Origin: an uncultured Nitrospiraceae bacterium
GTDB lineage: Bacteria > Nitrospirota > Nitrospiria > Nitrospirales > Nitrospiraceae
Assembly (NCBI GenBank): GCA_963730935.1
Contig: CAVSTP010000002.1
Coordinates: forward strand, 192,001-256,000
Length of the DNA: 64,000 nt
Direction of reading: 5' to 3'
A program made the translations under genes and the position numbers. Of this stretch, positions 45,896 through 54,046 are shown one piece after another (within the stretch, counting starts at the first letter, position 1; each line of letters starts with the position of its first letter). The notes below the pieces were generated by a model. That model was not told the origin of the DNA. It worked only from the letters and a program-made list of their open reading frames with translations, and made no database searches.

Positions 45896-47517
45896 ACTCG
45901 GTGCTCTACATCTTTCTCCCCTGCAAGAAGGTCTACCCGATCGGCATCACCTATCTCGCCGATTTCCTTCACCGTCGGAAGCCTGAGATCCGCCAGCGCA
46001 TCCTTGACCTGTCGCTATACCCCGTCTCGCAACGGAGCCGTGCCATCCGAGAGGTCACGGCCGAGTTTCAGCCGGAACTGGTCTGCTTCTCCTGGCGGGA
46101 TATTCAGATCTTCTCGCCCCACGAGGGCGACTCTTCCCTCGAGCACGCGTTCAATTTTTATTTTGCGAGCAATCCCATCAAGCGTATTGCCGCCTCCTTC
46201 GCAGGACTGAAACAGCTGTACCGGTATTACAGCCATATTTATACGATCCTGTCTTATCCCTGGTTGGTGCGAAAAGAGTTTCCCAAGGCCCAGATCATGA
46301 TCGGAGGCGGCGCCTTCACCGCCTTCGCCGATCAGCTCATCGAGAGATTGCCGGAAGGCACCATCGGCCTGCTCGGAGAGGGCGAAGATGCGATTCTGAA
46401 AGTGCTCGAGGGCCGGTCGATCGAGGACGAGCGGTACATCATCAAGGAAGGGAACCAGGTCAAGAAAGGACGGCAGGGCTCGCCGGCGTTGCTCGATGCC
46501 CTCACCGTCGACCTGCCCTACCTGACCACAATTTTTCCGCAATACCGTGAGTACGTCGAGGAATCCATCGGTGTGCAATCGAAACGAGGCTGCCCCTACG
46601 ACTGCGCGTTTTGTCTGTATCCCTATATCGAAGGGAAACGCGTCCGCTACCGCCCTGCCGAAATGGTCGTGCGGGACATCTCCCAGCATTACCATCAATG
46701 GGGGGCCCGTCGATTCTGGTTCACCGATGCACAGTTTATTACCGGCAAGGAAGCCTATCCCCAATGCACCGAGATTCTGGAGCGCATCGTCAGCGAGAAG
46801 CTGGACATCGAATGGTCCGGCTATATCCGGACCTCATTGATCACGCCTGAATTGGCCAGGTTGATGGTGCGGTCGGGCGTCGGCGATTTGGAAGTCGCGA
46901 TCACTTCCGGCTCCCAGGAGGTCCTGAACAACCTCCATATGGGCTTCAAGCTCGAGCGGCTGTATGACGGCTGCCGGTACCTCGCGGAGGCAGGGTTCAG
47001 GGGCAAAGTCATCCTGAATTATTCGCTGAACAGCCCGAAGGAAACGGAAGAAACGCTCTTGCAGAGCGTCGAGTCCTACAAGGTCGTGGCGTCTATCTTG
47101 GGCGAAGAGCGGGTCTTTCCCCTGATGTTCTTTCTCGGAATCCAACCGAATACCGACCTCGAACAGCGCTTGCTCGAAGAGGGGTACCTGTCCGCCGGCT
47201 ATAATCCTCTCATGTTGACACCGACCAGTATCCGGAAATTGCTGTATAATCCGGCCCCCCTCAACACCTTCATCGCAAAGGCCTGCTTGCGCGCCTGGGA
47301 ACGCAAGGAAGGCAGCCGAGACCCACGGAGATGGACCGGCTCACTGTCCCAAACCGCCGGCTCGCAAGATTCTTATGCCGACAAGAGCTTGAGCCGCGGC
47401 ATTGAAGGTAATTCCGGACGGGACGCGCTCCTCTCCTTGGAAGAAATCCTGCGTTCACACCGCCCACCTTCGCCATCCCCTCGGGAGCCAAAAACTCACG
47501 CCACTTCGGCTGGTTAG
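45892..47517 (+). CDS. B12-binding radical SAM protein (resembles cyanobacterial Slr0320 type)
   Basis: N-terminal cobalamin-binding domain (YPIGITYLAD, FSWRDIQIF, GGGAF, GEGE) and KRGCPYDCAFC (CxxxCxxC); ATGA overlap with ubiE. Confidence 0.88.
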   Translation: MNSVLYIFLPCKKVYPIGITYLADFLHRRKPEIRQRILDLSLYPVSQRSRAIREVTAEFQPELVCFSWRDIQIFSPHEGDSSLEHAFNFYFASNPIKRIAASFAGLKQLYRYYSHIYTILSYPWLVRKEFPKAQIMIGGGAFTAFADQLIERLPEGTIGLLGEGEDAILKVLEGRSIEDERYIIKEGNQVKKGRQGSPALLDALTVDLPYLTTIFPQYREYVEESIGVQSKRGCPYDCAFCLYPYIEGKRVRYRPAEMVVRDISQHYHQWGARRFWFTDAQFITGKEAYPQCTEILERIVSEKLDIEWSGYIRTSLITPELARLMVRSGVGDLEVAITSGSQEVLNNLHMGFKLERLYDGCRYLAEAGFRGKVILNYSLNSPKETEETLLQSVESYKVVASILGEERVFPLMFFLGIQPNTDLEQRLLEEGYLSAGYNPLMLTPTSIRKLLYNPAPLNTFIAKACLRAWERKEGSRDPRRWTGSLSQTAGSQDSYADKSLSRGIEGNSGRDALLSLEEILRSHRPPSPSPREPKTHATSAG

Positions 47518-47663
47518 CTCATTTCTTCATTCTTGCAATCCTCTTCTGGCCAGTGCTATCATTCGCGCTCTTTGAAACCTCGGCAAGACGAGAACCATTT
47601 GGTTTTTCAAAAGTTTGCACCAGTCTGCCTTGGTCCGAAGAGCGCCTGGAGGAGGCATCTCTG

Positions 47664-49547
47664 ATGTATAAGACGATTTATATTCCGGTCGATAATTCCG
47701 ACCATTCGAACCAGGCGGTGGACACCGGTGTCCATCTGGCCAAACTCTTCGGCTCGAAGATCGTGGGGAGCCATGTGTACGCAGCCAAAATGCACGACAA
47801 ACGCTTCAAGCAGATGGAGGCGGGCCTTCCCGAGGAATACCACGACGAAAAGGAACTCGACCGGCAACGGCAGATCCACGATTCTCTGATTACCCGCGGG
47901 CTTCAGATCATCACCGACTCCTACCTCGATTACGTCGATAAAAAGTGCAATGAGGCCAACCTTCCGATTGAACGCCGCTCGCTCGAGGGGCGGAATTGGA
48001 AAGTCCTGGCGGATGACATCAATACCAACAGCTACGATTTGGTCATCATGGGCGCCCTGGGTGTGGGCGCCGTAAAAGACAGTGTGATCGGGAGCAATAC
48101 GGAACGGGTCGTTCGTCGGGTACGGAATTCGGACATGCTGATCATCAAGAACATCCAGCCGATCAACGGCGGCAAAATCGTGGTCGCGGTCGACGGCAGT
48201 CCCTACTCGTTCGGCGGCTTGATGACCGGCCTTCAACTCGGCAAGGCGTTGAATATGCCGGTCGAGGCGATTTCGGCCTTCGATCCCTATTTCCATTACG
48301 CGGCCTTCCACAGCATCTCGGGCGTCCTCAATGAAGAAGCAGGGAAGGTCTTCCGGTTCAAAGAGCAGGAAAAGCTGCACGAAGAGATCATCGACAGCGG
48401 CCTGGCCAAGATCTACCAGTCCCATCTGGACATCTCGCGCGAGATCGCTCAAGCGGAGAAGACAGACGTCAAAACCACGTTGCTGGACGGAAAAGCGTTC
48501 GAGAAGATCATTCAATATGTCCGCAAAGACGTACCGGCCCTCCTGATCGTCGGCCGCATCGGCGTCCACAGTGACGAAGACATGGACATCGGCAGTAACA
48601 CGGAAAACCTGCTCCGGAGCGCACCCTGTAACGTGCTGGTGTCCAACCGGAAGTACGTGCCGCCCATCGACACCCAGGCCGAATACACCATTGCCTGGAC
48701 GGAAGAGGCGCTTCGCCGGATGGAGAAAATTCCAGTGTTCGCCCGCGGAGTGGCCAAGACCGCGATTCACCGCTATGCGATCGAAAAAGGGCATACGATC
48801 ATCAGCAACACGGTCGTCGATGCAGCCGTCGGGCACATTCTCCCGAAAGGCGCCATGGACGCCATGCGGGCTTTGGGCGGTAGCCTCGATGCCGCGGGCA
48901 TCGATCGCGACAAAATGCAGGCGGACGACGCCGTCGCGAAGGACCTGATGGGCTCCACGCTGAGCGGCATGATGACGCAGGTCGTCGAAGAGAAGCCCAA
49001 GAACTCAGAGGCGACGCAGGCCTATCTCGACCGTATGAGCCAGAGCTACTACGTGTGCGACGGCTGCGGCTATATCGGCAAGGGGGATACACCGGTCAAG
49101 TGCCCGGTGTGCGGAGCGGAAGGCGCTCGGTTCAAACAAGTTGATAAAAGCATCTTCGAAGCGGCCGCCAAAGCGGAGGGCGAGATCGAAACGGATCTGG
49201 CCTATGACGATGTGCCCATGCAGTGGACGAAGGATGCCAAGGAGGCAATCCGCGCCGTCCCGGCCGGATTTCAACGGCGCCGCGCGAAAGCGAAGATCGA
49301 AAAGAGCGCCCGCAAGCTCGGCATGACGACGATCACGCTGGAGTATGCCGCGCCGATGATCAAGGAAGCGGCCTCCGAAGATTACCAACCGATCTTTGCC
49401 AACAAGGGGGCCGGCACTTCAGCTAGAGGCACAAGCCAAACTGGCCGGGGTTCAGGAAAACGAGACGCAGGCCCCGCAAGACGGCGGCAACGGCCATGCG
49501 GAAGCGCCACCCTACAGCTGGACGGCGGAGGCCCAAGTCAGGCTTGA
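47664..49547 (+). CDS. Tandem universal stress protein domains + PCP_red-like domains + rubredoxin-like domain (frameshifted near 49425)
   Basis: USP1 (IYIPVDNSDHS...GSNTERVVR), USP2 (IVVAVDGS...GSNTENLLRSAPC), WTEEA and WTKDA helical domains, CDGC...CPVC. GGAGGAGG RBS before ATG 47664. Confidence 0.85.
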   Translation: MYKTIYIPVDNSDHSNQAVDTGVHLAKLFGSKIVGSHVYAAKMHDKRFKQMEAGLPEEYHDEKELDRQRQIHDSLITRGLQIITDSYLDYVDKKCNEANLPIERRSLEGRNWKVLADDINTNSYDLVIMGALGVGAVKDSVIGSNTERVVRRVRNSDMLIIKNIQPINGGKIVVAVDGSPYSFGGLMTGLQLGKALNMPVEAISAFDPYFHYAAFHSISGVLNEEAGKVFRFKEQEKLHEEIIDSGLAKIYQSHLDISREIAQAEKTDVKTTLLDGKAFEKIIQYVRKDVPALLIVGRIGVHSDEDMDIGSNTENLLRSAPCNVLVSNRKYVPPIDTQAEYTIAWTEEALRRMEKIPVFARGVAKTAIHRYAIEKGHTIISNTVVDAAVGHILPKGAMDAMRALGGSLDAAGIDRDKMQADDAVAKDLMGSTLSGMMTQVVEEKPKNSEATQAYLDRMSQSYYVCDGCGYIGKGDTPVKCPVCGAEGARFKQVDKSIFEAAAKAEGEIETDLAYDDVPMQWTKDAKEAIRAVPAGFQRRRAKAKIEKSARKLGMTTITLEYAAPMIKEAASEDYQPIFANKGAGTSARGTSQTGRGSGKRDAGPARRRQRPCGSATLQLDGGGPSQA

Positions 49548-49746
49548 GCGGGCACCAGAGGGCTTTATGCGTGACTGTACGAAGGCCCTCATCATCAAGC
49601 ACGCCGACAAGCTCGGCACGATCCACATCACGATTGAAGTAGCCAATGAGGGCATTGAGCAGGCCAAAGGGTACATGGAAGAAGCGATGAAGACGGGCAA
49701 TCTCAAGGACATGATCGCTAGCCTCACCGGCAAAGCCGCCAAATAA
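49426..49746 (+). pseudogene. Out-of-frame C-terminal part of the USP protein (third PCP_red-like domain)
   Basis: The +1 frame reads EAQAKLA...WTAEAQVRLERAPEGFMRDCTKALI... Removing one base at ~49425 gives a continuous ...TSAEAQAKLA... ending 3 nt before the next ATG. Confidence 0.75.
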
Positions 49747-49749
49747 GGA

Positions 49750-51129
49750 ATGAAACCGCTACCGATCTTCAATCCGTCGCTCTCAGGAGCGCTGGGGTCC
49801 CTTCCGCAACAGCTCACGCAGTTCTTCACGCCGCGTCCGCAGAGCGAGGGTCCGTACGACGGCCGGACCGTCGACGACTTCAAGCCCTATCTCGTTGCGC
49901 TGAACCTCACCAAGCGCTGCAACTTGAAATGCGATCACTGCTATCTAGACGCGACCACCAAAGCCGCAGGCGGCGACGACGAGCTCACGACCGAAGAGTG
50001 TTTTCGCCTGATCGACCAGATCGCCGAGGTTAATAAGGGCTGTCTGCTGGTCATCACCGGCGGCGAGCCGCTGGTCCGTCCTGACATTCTCGACATTGCA
50101 CGTTATGCCGTGAAGCTCGGATTCATGGTGGTCTTCGGCACCAACGGCATGTTGATCGATGACCGGATGGCCAAACAGCTGGTCGAGATCGGCGTCATGG
50201 GCGTCGGGATCAGCATCGATTCTCTCGACCCGCAGAAGCACAATGCCTTCCGCGGTGTCCCGGGAGCCTGGGAAGCGGCCGTGGCGGGTATCGAAGCGAG
50301 CAAACGCAACGGACTCCAGTTCCAGGTGCATTTCAGCGCGCAGCCTATGAATTACCAGGAGCTGCCGGCCGTCGTGGAATGGGCCCATGGGCTCGGCGCC
50401 CGCGTCCTGAACGTGTTCTTCATGGTGTGCACGGGTCGCGGCGAGGAACTCACGGACATCACGCCGGCCCAGTACGAAGAAGTCCTCGGCTTCTTGGTGA
50501 AGTGCCAGGACAACTATCAAGGCATGCTGATTCGGGCCCGCTGCGCTCCGCACTTCAAGCGGCTGGCCTATGAAAAAGACCCCAACTCACCGATCACCAA
50601 AGCAACCGGCTACATGGGCGGCGGCTGCCTCGCCGGAACGAACTATGCCCGCGTGACGCCGAACGGCGAATTGACGCCTTGCCCCTACATGCCGCTTTCG
50701 GCCGGGAATGTTCGCGAGAAAAGCTTTGTGGACCTCTGGGAAAAGTCCGACATCTTCAATTCCTTTCGTTACCCTCAACTCAAAGGCAAATGCGGCGACT
50801 GTGAATACTCGGAGATCTGCGGGGGCTGCCGCGCCCGTCCGTATGTGGATCATGGCGACTGGCTGGACGAAGACCAGTGGTGCCTCTACACGCCCAAGGG
50901 CGGGGAGAAGATCAAGGTCGCGTTCAATGTCGAGGAAGCGTCCGTCGTGCAGTGGGACGACGCCGCGTCGTTACGGTTGAGCCGTATTCCCTACTTTCTC
51001 CGCGCAATGGTCAAGAAAGGGGTGGAGAAACACGCGCGGGAGAACGGCATCACGACCGTGACGATCGAGCTTATGGAAGAACTCCGGAAGAAACGCTTCG
51101 GCAACGACGCACCGGTATTCAAGTTCTGA
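49750..51129 (+). CDS. Radical SAM/SPASM protein (AhbD/NirJ-like) with a C-terminal PCP_red-like domain
   Basis: CNLKCDHC, TGGEPL, SPASM motifs GCLAG...PCPY...KCGDCEYSEICGGCRAR, and C-terminal WDDAASLRLSRIPYFLRAMVKKGVEKHA. Confidence 0.88.
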   Translation: MKPLPIFNPSLSGALGSLPQQLTQFFTPRPQSEGPYDGRTVDDFKPYLVALNLTKRCNLKCDHCYLDATTKAAGGDDELTTEECFRLIDQIAEVNKGCLLVITGGEPLVRPDILDIARYAVKLGFMVVFGTNGMLIDDRMAKQLVEIGVMGVGISIDSLDPQKHNAFRGVPGAWEAAVAGIEASKRNGLQFQVHFSAQPMNYQELPAVVEWAHGLGARVLNVFFMVCTGRGEELTDITPAQYEEVLGFLVKCQDNYQGMLIRARCAPHFKRLAYEKDPNSPITKATGYMGGGCLAGTNYARVTPNGELTPCPYMPLSAGNVREKSFVDLWEKSDIFNSFRYPQLKGKCGDCEYSEICGGCRARPYVDHGDWLDEDQWCLYTPKGGEKIKVAFNVEEASVVQWDDAASLRLSRIPYFLRAMVKKGVEKHARENGITTVTIELMEELRKKRFGNDAPVFKF

Positions 51130-51152
51130 GGCTCGAGGTCTGAGCTCCGCTG

Positions 51153-51662
51153 ATGGACGCACTTCAAAGCATCATCACCGACCTCAATACGCTGATTCCC
51201 ATCGTCAATCACTGGTTCCATCTCCTCTCCGCGGTGATCTGGATCGGCGGCCTGGCCTTTCTGGTCATGGCGGTCACGCCAGGCCTGCAGAAAGCGGTTG
51301 CCCGGGAACAGATCAAGCCGATTACGGACGTCTTTTATCAACACTACAAGAAAGTGGCGGGCATTTTGCTCGTCATTCTGTTGTTTACCGGCGGAATCAA
51401 TCTCCACTACGTCAACCAGGTGCTGACCTCACAGACCGGTTCAGGCGTCCAGCACCACGCCAAATACCTCACGGTCTTTTTTATCAAGCTCTTCCTCGTA
51501 CTCTGCCTCGTGACCCTTTTCCTGTATACGGTGATTTTCAAAGCCGATGACGAGGCTGAAGAAGGCGAATCCTACGAGGTGATCCCGTTCCAACGTGCAG
51601 CGCTCTGGATGGGGTTTTTCATTATCCTGTGTGCGGCTGCCATGAAGCACTTACATCAATAG
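51153..51662 (+). CDS. CopD/DUF4149-like four-TM membrane protein
   Basis: HWFHLLSAVIWIGGLAFL, LLFTGG and FFIKL are CopD-like motifs; His residues near helix ends. Confidence 0.7.
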   Translation: MDALQSIITDLNTLIPIVNHWFHLLSAVIWIGGLAFLVMAVTPGLQKAVAREQIKPITDVFYQHYKKVAGILLVILLFTGGINLHYVNQVLTSQTGSGVQHHAKYLTVFFIKLFLVLCLVTLFLYTVIFKADDEAEEGESYEVIPFQRAALWMGFFIILCAAAMKHLHQ

Positions 51663-51704
51663 GGTCGTTGTCTCCCACACCTTCTCTCTAGTCATTCCCG
51701 CAGC

Positions 51705-51741
51705 GTATCCGAACCGATACCGCCGGTATTGATTCCGATAC
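51705..51741. promoter_or_regulatory. Tandem palindromic sites GTATY-N6-GATAC (candidate enhancer/UAS)
   Basis: GTATCcgaaccGATAC (51705-51720) and GTATTgattccGATAC (51726-51741), 21 bp apart, about 95 bp upstream of a sigma54 motif. Confidence 0.55.
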
Positions 51742-51835
51742 GTGGATTTCTCTTCCTCCTTCTCAGGCTTGACCCGATCAGCGGTAGATCAACAATTTAG
51801 GATTCTTGAGTAAGAGAGTGATGCCGCGCTGGACG

Positions 51836-51851
51836 TGGCATGCCTGTTGCT
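51836..51851 (+). promoter_or_regulatory. sigma54 (-24/-12) promoter
   Basis: TGGCAT-GCCTG-TTGCT, a near-consensus match. Confidence 0.7.
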
Positions 51852-52098
51852 GAACCGGTTCTGCACAGCGATACACCATGACCACGATGATGATCATTCC
51901 GAAGAATGGCGAGAGACGGCGCAGAACTCGGACGCGCCTCCGGATCGTGCCCATCCGGCGGCCCTCCGTCGCCCCGCTTCTCTGCCATCGAGGCTGCGGG
52001 CCTGCACTTCAAGCCCGCAGCCTTCCTCTGAATGCACGCCCGTGGCAACGGTGAGCAAGAGGCGACCGTCTTCCCTATCACCATGTGAGGAGGAATCC

Positions 52099-52500
52099 AT
52101 GCCGACGACGACAACGACTGCGGGCCCCACCGAGAGCCAACTCCATCGCGGAGGCACTGTCACGAGCCCGAGCCTCGTCAGAGAGAAGAGCGAAAGACCC
52201 CGTATGGTACGGCTGACGGTCAATCTGCCATCCCATCTCGTTGAACAAATGCGCGACGCTGTGTACTGGACTCCGGGACTGACGTTGGCCTGGATGATCG
52301 CGCGAGCGGTTCGCGCTTCGCTGGCAGATCTGGAAACCATTCATCAAGGACCGTTCCCCAGACGATTGAAGCCGCTGCGTGCAGGGCGGCCGCGGCTGGT
52401 CGGTCAGTCCATGAATGTCCGGCCGTTAGGCACTGGCGAGGGTGACGGCCCAGGGAAGAGCGTCGTAAGAGCCCCTATTCCTGTGGTCACGAGAAACTGA
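52099..52500 (+). CDS. Hypothetical protein with a ribbon-helix-helix-like core
   Basis: GAGGAGG RBS; RMVRLTVNLPSHLVEQMRDAV...LTLAWMIARAVRASL is a strand-helix-helix pattern. Confidence 0.65.
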   Translation: MPTTTTTAGPTESQLHRGGTVTSPSLVREKSERPRMVRLTVNLPSHLVEQMRDAVYWTPGLTLAWMIARAVRASLADLETIHQGPFPRRLKPLRAGRPRLVGQSMNVRPLGTGEGDGPGKSVVRAPIPVVTRN

Positions 52501-52524
52501 CCGATCCGCCTACAGAGTTCTAAC

Positions 52525-53289
52525 TCAGCGGGGGTTGGGAGGAGTGGAGAATGCCCGTTTGAAGACACCGCGAATGCCGAAATAGGCGAAGGAGTCTTTG
52601 AGGTTGGAATACAATCGCTTGATGGAACCCATCTCGGGATTGGTCACGTACTCCATCGTCAATGCGATCCGCTCCTCTCCCTGTCCCAGCGGCGTCACTG
52701 CGTGCCACAGTTTGTCGCCGTTGAAGATCACCATGTCGCCGGGCTCCGTGACTAATTCCAACGTTCGTGGCGTCTTACCGGGAACATCCTTGAACAGCTC
52801 GCAGACCAGCTTGCACTGCGTCGATCTGTCGACCAATCCCATCAGAATCGTATAGCGGGCCCCTTTGTAATAGCTGGTGTCGTAGTGAAATCCGATATGA
52901 TCACCGGCCTCCGTGTAATAGTACAGGGCGCACGAGTGAGGATCGTTGTCCGGACAGAGCATGAGCTTGGCGTCGGTGAGCCGGCTGAGAAACGCCAAAA
53001 ACGCCGGTGAGCGATACAGATCAAGAAAGAGCGGGGCCTGTTCCTGCACCGTGTAGTAGCTCACGCTTCCGCCCTTCTTGTGGCCAGGAATGTAATTGCG
53101 ATTCAGCTGGTGTTTGACTCCCTGAGCCTGAGGCACGAGCGTCGCCTCGACGAACTCCCGCGGGAGAAACTGGGGGATGACGATGAACTCGTTCTGTTCC
53201 CAATAGTCGCGACGTACTCGATCAACGTTCAATCTGGCAATAGCCTGTTCGGTCGCTTCTGCGACTGAGCCCAAGACTGCTGTACTCAT
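52525..53289 (-). CDS. 2OG-Fe(II) oxygenase family protein
   Basis: HxD (GFHYD), distal His (WHAV), and ERIAL Arg for 2OG binding. Confidence 0.85.
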   Translation of the reverse strand: MSTAVLGSVAEATEQAIARLNVDRVRRDYWEQNEFIVIPQFLPREFVEATLVPQAQGVKHQLNRNYIPGHKKGGSVSYYTVQEQAPLFLDLYRSPAFLAFLSRLTDAKLMLCPDNDPHSCALYYYTEAGDHIGFHYDTSYYKGARYTILMGLVDRSTQCKLVCELFKDVPGKTPRTLELVTEPGDMVIFNGDKLWHAVTPLGQGEERIALTMEYVTNPEMGSIKRLYSNLKDSFAYFGIRGVFKRAFSTPPNPR

Positions 53290-53332
53290 CGGTGATCGCT
53301 CCTTCCGGCCGGTCCCCCTGCCATTGGTCCCG

Positions 53333-54046
53333 TCAAGGCTGGGTCAACACCGGCGCCTTGACGACTTCGACATCGGGGGGAAATTTGGGGACAAACAGAT
53401 CGTCATCCAGCCCGATATTCGATTGCAGGGATGAAAATTCGAAATTCGACACGTTCCCGCTGATCTCATACAGGGAAAGGCTTCGAATAAAATACGTTTT
53501 GGGGAAGACTTCCACGACGATTCTCAGCACCGTCCCATGCGCCTCCGCCCCGTGCGACTTCGGCACCAGCGTCACGAGCCTGAGGCCTCCCACGCCACGG
53601 CTCTTCCCCGGCGTCGGTTCGGGGTCGAAGGAGGCGTCGAGCTTCGCCGCACCCTGAAGCAGCTCCAGCGGCGCTCGGGACGCCGCCATGTGAGTGAGTT
53701 TCCCGACCAGGACCTGCTTGTGCTCCGGCACATATACTTTAACGTCATCTCCTTGTACATAAATGTCCTCGGCCGAAGGCTCCAGGTAGTTCCAGCGCAA
53801 GCGACCAGGCTTCTTGATATACACCTTTCCGGACGAGGTCATCGGCCGTTCAAATCCTTCGATCGTCGTCTTCTGCGTGAAATCGGCCTGGAGGTCCTTC
53901 GTCTTTTCATAGCGCGCTTGCAAGCGCTTCATCACTTCCCGGACTTCCTTGCGCGCCTGCTCGTCGCCTCCGTCCTCTCCCAAGACGGGAGTCGAGGCGC
54001 TCACCGCAAGCACGGCGCCGATGGCCAGCACCCACAGCCTTATCAT
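53333..54046 (-). CDS. lolA: Outer-membrane lipoprotein carrier LolA
   Basis: Signal peptide; LQADFTQ, SGKVYIKKPGRLRWNY, DDLFVPKFP; follows ftsK. Confidence 0.88.
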   Translation of the reverse strand: MIRLWVLAIGAVLAVSASTPVLGEDGGDEQARKEVREVMKRLQARYEKTKDLQADFTQKTTIEGFERPMTSSGKVYIKKPGRLRWNYLEPSAEDIYVQGDDVKVYVPEHKQVLVGKLTHMAASRAPLELLQGAAKLDASFDPEPTPGKSRGVGGLRLVTLVPKSHGAEAHGTVLRIVVEVFPKTYFIRSLSLYEISGNVSNFEFSSLQSNIGLDDDLFVPKFPPDVEVVKAPVLTQP

